A stretch of 64,000 nucleotides of DNA. Origin: Bacillota bacterium. GTDB taxonomy: Bacteria; Bacillota; Clostridia; Christensenellales; SZUA-584. Made by a program: the position numbers and the translations under genes. The first letter of the stretch is position 1, and each line of letters opens with the position of its first letter. The stretch covers positions 54,877 through 118,876 of the forward strand of contig JAEWRI010000044.1 of the NCBI GenBank assembly GCA_023460085.1, given 5' to 3'. Shown piece after piece: positions 9,006 to 16,143 of the stretch. The notes beneath the pieces were generated by a model. It had not been told where the DNA came from. It saw only the letters and a list, made by a program, of their open reading frames with translations, and searched no databases.

Positions 9006-9440
9006 TTATTTTTTTTCATCAATAAACAGCGCATCTCTGCTCTGCATCTGAACGGCGTAACCGCCTACCCCTTTACGGTTGTTGCGGATCGCCTTAATCT
9101 GCTGCCCATAGGTCTTAAGCTTGTGTTCCGCCACTTCATTACAGTCCCTGCGCGCTTGCTCTACCTGCCCGGCGATGTATGCGATATCTCTCTCCAGTCT
9201 GGTCAGCTCTGGCAGTGCCGCCTCGTCAGGCATCTGCTGCCGCAGCTTTTCCGCAGTACCGCTGGTCTCATCCGCCATTTTCATGAGCGCCTTGCAGTTT
9301 TCCATCTCCTGGCTGAACGCATCCATATCTTCGGCCCGAAGCGCTCCCGCCGACCGTTTAACGGCAGCGAGCAGCTTCGCGAGCAGTTCTTTTTGGATTT
9401 CCAGCAATCTCACCAGATCGCCGTTCAGTTGGGCGTTCAT
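9006..9440 (-). CDS. Small helical protein, putative flagellar export chaperone (FliT/FlgN-like)
   Basis: 144 aa after trimming to the ATG at 9440, which overlaps the fliS stop (TAATG). Predicted all-helical and acidic, at the position after fliS that fliT occupies in Firmicutes. There is no diagnostic motif, so the call rests on context. Confidence 0.45.
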   Translation of the reverse strand: MNAQLNGDLVRLLEIQKELLAKLLAAVKRSAGALRAEDMDAFSQEMENCKALMKMADETSGTAEKLRQQMPDEAALPELTRLERDIAYIAGQVEQARRDCNEVAEHKLKTYGQQIKAIRNNRKGVGGYAVQMQSRDALFIDEKK

Positions 9441-9838
9441 TACTCGTTCTCGCAAAGCTCGTAAGACGGACGGCAGGTCTTTTCCACCTGCACCCACGCG
9501 TCGCGCAGGTTGGACAGCATCTCTATCACCGGCTCTGCCTTCTCCTTTTCCTTGGATACGTTGATGAGCATGGTTTCATGCAGCATGAATTCATACAGTG
9601 ACATTAGATTTTTCGCAATCGGATACTTGAAATCCAGGCTGTTGATCAGCTCAGTCAGTATATCTTGCGCCTTCTTGATGTGGGTATTGACCGCTTCATA
9701 ATTCTTCTTATCGATCTCGAGCTGGGCGAGCTTGAGCTGCTTGATACAGCCGTTATACAGCATCACAACAAGCGCCGCGGGATTGGCGGTGCTGACTTCC
9801 TGCTCTTTGTATTTCTGGTACGCATTAGACGTCATCAT
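9440..9838 (-). CDS. fliS: Flagellin-specific chaperone FliS
   Basis: 132 aa. NAYQKYKEQEVSTANPAALVVMLYNGCIKQL is the FliS N-terminal signature. Follows fliD. Confidence 0.93.
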   Translation of the reverse strand: MMTSNAYQKYKEQEVSTANPAALVVMLYNGCIKQLKLAQLEIDKKNYEAVNTHIKKAQDILTELINSLDFKYPIAKNLMSLYEFMLHETMLINVSKEKEKAEPVIEMLSNLRDAWVQVEKTCRPSYELCENE

Positions 9839-9871
9839 GGATATAAAGCTCCTTTAATATATCGTTCGTTC

Positions 9872-11365
9872 TCAGCCCGTCGTGAACAAGCTGGAGAGCC
9901 AGCTGGACATGCTGTTCAGTTTAGACAAAGCCGTTTCCATAGTGGAAAACTTCTTCCACAAGGCCTCTTCCTTTTCCGTCATACGCGCTTCCAGATCGTC
10001 TTCGTCATCCTTGCCGGCCGCAATTTTCTCATCCAGACTGTCCAGCGCGACATTGGTCGTTTGCTTGGTGTAATTCAGCATCGCGTCGGAAATGCGTACC
10101 ATAACGCCCTTTGCAGAAAATCCTTCGGTTGATGTCTGCGAAAAACAGTTCTTCACACCTTCCGGATTCTCCTTGAGCGCCGCCAGCAGCTTGTCTTTGT
10201 CCACCGTAATTTTCGCTCCGTCGGAGTAGGTACCGGTGGTGAGGCCGATGTCGGACAGCTTCATGCCCGTGCCTTCCACTTTCGTATAGAAGGCACTGCG
10301 AAGTGTCGTCAGCATAGAAGTAATGTAGGAGTCGTTATGAAGTGTGCCGCTCTTGGCTTTCTCCTCCCACTGCTTAATCTCTTCCTCGCTCATCTCTTCC
10401 TTCTGGGCATCGGTAAGCGGAGGATAATTATAATAAACATCCTCTTTCACCTTACTTTGCAGTGTGCCCACCAGTTCGTTGTACGCGTCCACCAGCGACA
10501 CAATACTGTCCACTGTGCTCTGATAGTCCTGGCTGACGGAAAATTGTATTGCCGTCGAGGAGGTGTCGTTAAGCGTATAGGTGATACCGTCATAGCTGAA
10601 AGAATTCTTGGCCTCTTTCACCGTGATGCCATTGATGGTACAGATAGCATCCTGCCCCTGATAGGTGCCCTGAGCGATGCCCAGTGCGCTGTCCGTGGCG
10701 GAAAACGCATTGCCCGTAATATTGACAATGCTTACATTTTGGGCGCTGCCTGTTTCCTTTGAGGTTATGGAGAACCCTTTTGCGAGGCTGCTGTACCGCA
10801 TGGTTACTCCCGCGTCCGAGGCGTTGATTTCCTTCATCATCGCGCCGATGGTCGTATCCTTGGTGAATGTGAACGTTTTTCCGTTGATTGAAAAGGAAAG
10901 CGCGTTGTTCTCATCAAAGGTAAACTTATTGGTCAGCGACAACGATTCCAGCGTGGTATCGCTGGAATAGGAAGTGCCGGTAAACACATCAGCGCTGCTC
11001 GCCTTGGCGGCAGCGGCCAGCTGCGAAATGCTGTTGATGGTCATGGTACCCGCTACAGCCGAAGATGACGCGGTCACGGATACCGCGCTCGTCGAAGTGA
11101 GCATCGAAGCGGCCATGCGGTTGTATGAGTTGCCGGACAGCATATTCGTATCCGACAGCGCACTCAGGTACTTTGAACGGAAATTCTTAATCAGCGTGTT
11201 GATTTCCCGATACGAATCCGCTTTCCACTGCATTTTCGTGGTGCTTTGAGTGAGCTTATCCAACCGGCTCTGATACGAAGACATCAATCCCGATACAATC
11301 GTTTCGGTATCCAGACCTGATGCAAGGCCCGATACCCGGTTACTGCTGTCAATCGTCAACGACAT
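9872..11365 (-). CDS. fliD: Flagellar filament cap protein FliD
   Basis: 497 aa. N-terminus GLASGLDTETIVSGLMSSYQSRLDKL and C-terminus LWKKFSTMETALSKLNSMSSWLSSL are typical FliD termini. Confidence 0.93.
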   Translation of the reverse strand: MSLTIDSSNRVSGLASGLDTETIVSGLMSSYQSRLDKLTQSTTKMQWKADSYREINTLIKNFRSKYLSALSDTNMLSGNSYNRMAASMLTSTSAVSVTASSSAVAGTMTINSISQLAAAAKASSADVFTGTSYSSDTTLESLSLTNKFTFDENNALSFSINGKTFTFTKDTTIGAMMKEINASDAGVTMRYSSLAKGFSITSKETGSAQNVSIVNITGNAFSATDSALGIAQGTYQGQDAICTINGITVKEAKNSFSYDGITYTLNDTSSTAIQFSVSQDYQSTVDSIVSLVDAYNELVGTLQSKVKEDVYYNYPPLTDAQKEEMSEEEIKQWEEKAKSGTLHNDSYITSMLTTLRSAFYTKVEGTGMKLSDIGLTTGTYSDGAKITVDKDKLLAALKENPEGVKNCFSQTSTEGFSAKGVMVRISDAMLNYTKQTTNVALDSLDEKIAAGKDDEDDLEARMTEKEEALWKKFSTMETALSKLNSMSSWLSSLFTTG

Positions 11366-11396
11366 GGGTTCCCTCCTTTATCTCTGCTCATTCGTG

Positions 11397-12314
11397 TTAC
11401 ATATGTGCAAAATAAGACACTTTCGGCAGGCTCGCGTTATAGATATTGGTGATATACGTGTAGTTCCGCAGACGTCTCCCGGCTTGTGCAACGGTAACAC
11501 CCTTCTGCGCATTATACTCTCCGTCTTTGGATGGACACACGACCTGTACATGCCCGTGCCCGCTGCTGTTATAAAGCGCCGTCACCACAGGATGCCCTTC
11601 GTTGGCCATATTCTGCGCTTCTTCAGGGGTCACCTCATACCATCCGTACTCCTCGCCGTGCTCGTGAAGCCAGGAATACATCCGGTTCGCGTTCATCTGG
11701 CTTGCGCCTGCGTCACCGCGTTCCATGGGTTCGCCCGTTGCCGCGTTAAAGTAGTGCGGTATCTCCGCACCCATCGCGCTCGTAACATCCCACACAAAGA
11801 TATTGCAATAGGTTCCGCCCTGCTCCAGACAGTAACGCGGGTTCGTTTCGACATTGAACTGGTTGATCACTGCGGTATACCGCTCCGCGGAACGGTTGTA
11901 TACATCGCTGACAATTGCGGGATCCGACGGAAGCCAGGGCGACTGCGTGACATTACCCGTACCGGGCGTCATGGTCTGCGAGCCTGCAAGGTAAGTCGTA
12001 TCGGTGCGTACCGACGAGAACTCACCGGAAAACGCTTTGCCCAGGCTGATGAGCGCCAACGGAGAAATGCCGGACGCACCCGCGCTCATCAGTGCGGTAA
12101 GCAACCCTCCCGATGTACCGGAGCTTTGCTCCAGCAGCTCGGAATATAAATCATAGGTTTCCGCGTATGAGTCTGTGCTGTCCTGCCCGCCCATCATCGC
12201 ATCAGAAAGCAGGGCGCCGAACGTATTCGAGACCCCGGAGCTGTTGTCCGATCCGGAGAGTTTCAGCGCGCTTTGCAGCGCCGCTTCGGTAAAACTGACT
12301 CCACTGACTGACAT
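11397..12314 (-). CDS. Hypothetical flagellar-locus protein with a C-terminal Cys/His (papain-fold, transglutaminase- or NlpC/P60-like) domain
   Basis: 305 aa. The N-terminal ~130 aa are S/G/T-rich and low in complexity. The C-terminal domain carries GGTYCNIFVWDVTSAMGAEIPHY (G-x-x-C-x-x-F ... IP, as in transglutaminase-like cores) and a later SSGHGHVQVV. The family call is from motif resemblance only. Confidence 0.4.
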   Translation of the reverse strand: MSVSGVSFTEAALQSALKLSGSDNSSGVSNTFGALLSDAMMGGQDSTDSYAETYDLYSELLEQSSGTSGGLLTALMSAGASGISPLALISLGKAFSGEFSSVRTDTTYLAGSQTMTPGTGNVTQSPWLPSDPAIVSDVYNRSAERYTAVINQFNVETNPRYCLEQGGTYCNIFVWDVTSAMGAEIPHYFNAATGEPMERGDAGASQMNANRMYSWLHEHGEEYGWYEVTPEEAQNMANEGHPVVTALYNSSGHGHVQVVCPSKDGEYNAQKGVTVAQAGRRLRNYTYITNIYNASLPKVSYFAHM

Positions 12315-12330
12315 CCGCGTTTCCCCTTTC

Positions 12331-12642
12331 TTACTGCCGTTTCATCCCTGAATCATCCTGTGCGCGGTCATCCATCCGGTATATAAACACGAGAATTTCC
12401 GCCACAACGCGGTAAAGCGACTCCGGAATTTCGTCGCCCACGCTGAGCCGGTGCAGCGTATGGGACAGCTTATCGTCCTGCACCACTTGTACGCCGCTGC
12501 GCTCTGCCTCTTCCAGCATTCGTTGTGCGAGATACCCGCGGCCCAGACCGGTGATGCGCGGCGCTTTGTCCTTATCCGCGTCATACTTCAGCGCAGCCGC
12601 TTCCCGCAAACTGTCATCCCGAAATGCCTTATACTGTTTCAT
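12331..12642 (-). CDS. Stand-alone FlhB C-terminal-domain paralogue (YlqH/EscU-YscU-HrcU family)
   Basis: 103 aa. ALKYDADKDKAPRITGLGRGYLAQRMLEEAERSGVQVVQDDKLSHTLHRLSVGDEIPESLYRVVAEILVFIYRMD aligns with the post-NPTH segment of the bona fide FlhB at 580-1656 ([75 protein letters not shown]). It has no NPTH and no TM region. ATGA overlap with the fliK-like stop. Confidence 0.85.
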   Translation of the reverse strand: MKQYKAFRDDSLREAAALKYDADKDKAPRITGLGRGYLAQRMLEEAERSGVQVVQDDKLSHTLHRLSVGDEIPESLYRVVAEILVFIYRMDDRAQDDSGMKRQ

Positions 12643-14414
12643 ATCATCACATCTATACCCTGCTGCCGCGTCCTGCCTGCTCCCGGAAGTATCGTCTCTC
12701 CTGCGTTAAGCACCGTAGTCTTCTTTTCCAGCCCGGCAAAACGCATGTCCGCCAGCCTGTATCCCGCGCCTTCCAACGTCTGCTTCAGCGATTCCACGTT
12801 TCGCTTGAACAAGTCTGCCGCGCCCGTTTCCTCCAACCTGAATTCCAGTGAGATGCTGCCGCCGGTTTCCCGTATCAGCGATTCTATGCGTCCGAGGTGC
12901 GCCGTGTCGAGCGCGACCAGTATCGAGATGCCCGTGCCGTCCTGCTCCTGCCGTTTGTTCTGCCTTCGGAACACGTACAGCTCAGCGGTTTGGCAGTTGC
13001 CGTCTTTCCCCTGAAGCGGCAGCTGCATATATGTAAAACGCACATCCCGGTCTGCCATTTCCAGCTGACGCATCAGCTGGTCCGTCCCCTTCAAAAAAGA
13101 CTCCTTATTTCTGATATCGGATTGATCCAGAGAAGACTTTAGCGTTTTCAGCGCATCCGGCAGCTCCTGAGCGGCTTTTTTCAGCCTGCCGCCATCCAGA
13201 GTCTCTGGATGAACAAGCATACCCTGAACGAGCTTATCGATGCGCGAACTTATTTCCCCCTGCGTTCCTTCTGGCAGCGCGTTGTGCGCTTCGTCCGGTT
13301 GTGTCCCTTCGGCAAGTTTTCGCTCGGGAAAAACCGCAGCCGTTTCATCCATCCGCGTTTGAGGCACTGCGCCTGCGCTCTGCCCGCGTGCAGTCACTTC
13401 CGCATTATCGTCGTACCGGACCTGCTGCGCCGCATTTTCAGGGGGTGAAACCGCTTGCTTTACCGCGCCATTATACGCAGATTCGTTCTCCCGTATCGCG
13501 GACTCGGGAGCGTTTACGGGGGGCTCCTCGAGGCGGACATCTGCGGATGTTGTACGGGCATTTAATGCGGTAGGGTGCTCAATGGGCAATGACGTATACT
13601 GTGCGTTGTTCCCCAGCTGCTCCGCCGGTATCCAGCCTGCCTCTCGCATATCGGGCGGAACCGCTGCTGCTTCACCGTTAACGCTTTCTGCGGTTACTCC
13701 TGCTGGTGCAAAATGCAATACCGCGGTATCCGCAGCCTTCGGCATATCGGGCGAAACGCCCGGCGCTTCGCCCTGAACCGCAGTCTGCGCGGATCCCCCG
13801 GCAGATAGACCCGTCCCTGCACCGCTGACATAGGCATCCGCTGGCGTCTCGGCCTGAGTAAGTGCCGGTGACATGGTGTTTGGGCTGGCGTCGTTATCCG
13901 GCTGCGTCAGGCACTTGAGTATCGCGCCCAGCACCGCACCGACTCCGCCGTTCTCTACCGGCCGGGACAACACCGCCATATTCTCCGCTGTATCCGCGAT
14001 TCCGGTTTCCGCCAGAAATCGCGCCGTGTCTATCGGAAGGCCGGGGTTCCTTTTCAGAATGCTCAGCATCCCTGTCAGTACGGGCAACGGTATCGTCTGT
14101 ATCTGTCCTTCCTCGCCGGGCAGCGCGCCATCCCCCGACGTGCTCAGCAAGTGCAGAAGCCATGCGTCACCGCGGCCCTCCACCCGTACCTCAATCGTCT
14201 GCCCCGGCGCCAGCGTAAGCTCGCCGCGCAGCGATGCGTTCAGCACAGAACCGTCATCAAGCCGCAGCTGCAGCGAATCGCCTTCAATGCGCTCCACAGA
14301 CGCGATGATAATGTCGCCGTCCTTCAGTTTTACTCCGCCGGCTGTTAATACCGGAATTTCCGCGGCACGGCCTGTTTTTCCCGTGTTTTCCGCTCCACCG
14401 GTGCGAATCTGCAT
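12639..14414 (-). CDS. fliK: Flagellar hook-length control protein, FliK-like
   Basis: 591 aa. Long A/P/E/Q-rich central region and a C-terminal domain (CQTAELYVFRRQ..ISILVALDTAHLGRIESLIRETGGSISLEFRLEE..LKQTLEGAGYRLADMRF) resembling the FliK C-terminal switch domain. Confidence 0.75.
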   Translation of the reverse strand: MQIRTGGAENTGKTGRAAEIPVLTAGGVKLKDGDIIIASVERIEGDSLQLRLDDGSVLNASLRGELTLAPGQTIEVRVEGRGDAWLLHLLSTSGDGALPGEEGQIQTIPLPVLTGMLSILKRNPGLPIDTARFLAETGIADTAENMAVLSRPVENGGVGAVLGAILKCLTQPDNDASPNTMSPALTQAETPADAYVSGAGTGLSAGGSAQTAVQGEAPGVSPDMPKAADTAVLHFAPAGVTAESVNGEAAAVPPDMREAGWIPAEQLGNNAQYTSLPIEHPTALNARTTSADVRLEEPPVNAPESAIRENESAYNGAVKQAVSPPENAAQQVRYDDNAEVTARGQSAGAVPQTRMDETAAVFPERKLAEGTQPDEAHNALPEGTQGEISSRIDKLVQGMLVHPETLDGGRLKKAAQELPDALKTLKSSLDQSDIRNKESFLKGTDQLMRQLEMADRDVRFTYMQLPLQGKDGNCQTAELYVFRRQNKRQEQDGTGISILVALDTAHLGRIESLIRETGGSISLEFRLEETGAADLFKRNVESLKQTLEGAGYRLADMRFAGLEKKTTVLNAGETILPGAGRTRQQGIDVMI

Positions 14415-14506
14415 AACTGCCCCCGTTTTTTAAAATTCTCGTCCGTTTTGCGCTTCAACATGTACACATTGGGTTATATATTTTCTATCGGTAAAAAACA
14501 AAAGAT

Positions 14507-14533
14507 TAATAGTCTGTACAAAAGTAACGATAT
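14507..14533 (+). promoter_or_regulatory. SigD-like promoter candidate for the cheC operon (TAAT-N15-AACGATAT)
   Basis: Spacing matches TAAA-N15-GCCGATAT, with 3/4 and 6/8 matches. Lies 36 nt upstream of the cheC ATG. A CCGATAG element on the opposite strand (14485-14492) may serve the divergent fliK-like operon but lacks a good -35. Confidence 0.3.
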
Positions 14534-14569
14534 ACCTATAAGGACAAATGTTTTGGTAAGGCAGGCACT

Positions 14570-15190
14570 ATGTTTGATATTGACAACATGAACGGGTACG
14601 AGTTTGACTTCTTCAGGGAACTTGAGAACATTGGCGCCAGCCATGCGGCAACGGCGCTTTCCATGCTGCTCTCGCAGACAGTGGAAATCCGCGTGCCGCG
14701 CGCGCAGCTCTGCGAGTATAACGAGATATGCGAAATACTCCACGGTCCCGAAAACGTCGTAGCCGGGCTGCTGGTAGGGATTTCAGAGGATATACATGGT
14801 TTCATTCTTCTGGTACTGGACGAGCACGATGCCCGCGCGCTGACGCATGCCGTTGTCGGAGGAATCACCGAAGGGATGGCGGAGGCTGAAAGCGCAGAGC
14901 TTCAGACTTCGGCGCTCAAGGAAGTCGCAAACATGCTGATTGGCTCGTACATTACTGCGATTTCAGAGCTGACCGGATTTAAAATTGATGCCTCGGTGCC
15001 CGATCTTGTGTTCGATATGGCAGGGGCTGTGATGAATTTGCTCGCGGTGGCCTATGGGGAATTCGGCGACCATGTGCTTTTTATGGAGACAGAGTTCTTC
15101 AACCAAACACAGAGTCTCTTCGGTCACTTTTTTCTAATACCGGATATGGAGTCGTACAAAAAGCTGACAGAAAAAATGGTATGCTACTGA
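14570..15190 (+). CDS. cheC: CheY-P phosphatase CheC
   Basis: 206 aa. Duplicated CheC motif (FDFFRELENIGASHAATALSMLL and ALKEVANMLIGSYITAIS). Confidence 0.92.
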   Translation: MFDIDNMNGYEFDFFRELENIGASHAATALSMLLSQTVEIRVPRAQLCEYNEICEILHGPENVVAGLLVGISEDIHGFILLVLDEHDARALTHAVVGGITEGMAEAESAELQTSALKEVANMLIGSYITAISELTGFKIDASVPDLVFDMAGAVMNLLAVAYGEFGDHVLFMETEFFNQTQSLFGHFFLIPDMESYKKLTEKMVCY

Positions 15191-15729
15191 TGATAAACAG
15201 CGTTGTGGTTGGCATTGAACAGAAAAGCGCGCAAACGGCACTCTCCAAAATGTATACCATTGGAATTGCAGAGCAGAAGGTAGCGCAGGCACCCGATAAA
15301 ATAGTTACCCTTGGCCTCGGTTCCTGCATCGGCCTGGTATTATTCGATCCCATTAGCAAAATCGGCGGTATGATCCATATCATGCTGCCTGTTGCGCCGA
15401 AAGAAGGGGCTGCATTCAACAAATCGAAGTTTGCGGATACCGGAATCGCGGAACTGATACGTACGGTTACAGCCGCGGGAGCATTGCGAGGCAGACTCGT
15501 CGCCAAGCTTGCGGGAGGAGCCCATATGTTCAACACCATAAGCAACAACGACATCATGAACGTAGGCGAACGGAACGCGCAAATGTGTAAAAAAATGCTG
15601 GCATCACAGGCCATCCGTATTGCCGCCGAGGATTTGGGAGGAACCTGCGGTCGATCCATCGAGTTCTGTCTGGAAAGCGGAATGCTTCAGGTGCGGACAA
15701 TCTCGCCGAAGACGGTACGGTTGCTGTAG
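15181..15729 (+). CDS. cheD: Chemoreceptor glutamine deamidase CheD
   Basis: VTLGLGSCIGLVLFDP (catalytic Cys), GGMIHIMLP, AKLAGGAHMF and NVGERNA. The start could instead be the ATG at 15190. Confidence 0.92.
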   Translation: MLLMINSVVVGIEQKSAQTALSKMYTIGIAEQKVAQAPDKIVTLGLGSCIGLVLFDPISKIGGMIHIMLPVAPKEGAAFNKSKFADTGIAELIRTVTAAGALRGRLVAKLAGGAHMFNTISNNDIMNVGERNAQMCKKMLASQAIRIAAEDLGGTCGRSIEFCLESGMLQVRTISPKTVRLL

Positions 15730-15762
15730 ATCATAATTTACATTTGTACACAGGAGGAACCT

Positions 15763-16119
15763 ATGAAGAAAGTACTGATCGTCGATGACGCCGCGTTCAT
15801 GCGCGTGTCCATCAAAAACATGCTCAGCAAGAATGGCTTTGAGGTCATCGGGGAAGCAGAAAACGGCAAAGTAGCGATACAAAAATATCAGGAGCTCTCC
15901 CCTGATATCGTTACGATGGATATCACGATGCCGGAAATGGACGGCCTCGCGAGCCTGAAAAAGATACTCGCCATCAACCCATCCGCCAATGTCGTCATGA
16001 TATCCGCCATGGGACAGGAAAGCATGGTGCGTGAGGCGGTACTGTCGGGTGCGAAAGGATTCATCGTCAAGCCCTTCAAGGAAGATGTAATACTGGCGGC
16101 GCTGGGCAATCTTCAATAA
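15763..16119 (+). CDS. cheY: Chemotaxis response regulator CheY
   Basis: 118-aa single receiver domain: KVLIVDDAAFMR, IVTMDITMPEMDG, and GAKGFIVKPF. Confidence 0.95.
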   Translation: MKKVLIVDDAAFMRVSIKNMLSKNGFEVIGEAENGKVAIQKYQELSPDIVTMDITMPEMDGLASLKKILAINPSANVVMISAMGQESMVREAVLSGAKGFIVKPFKEDVILAALGNLQ

Positions 16120-16143
16120 GCAAATACAATGGGAGGTATGGGC

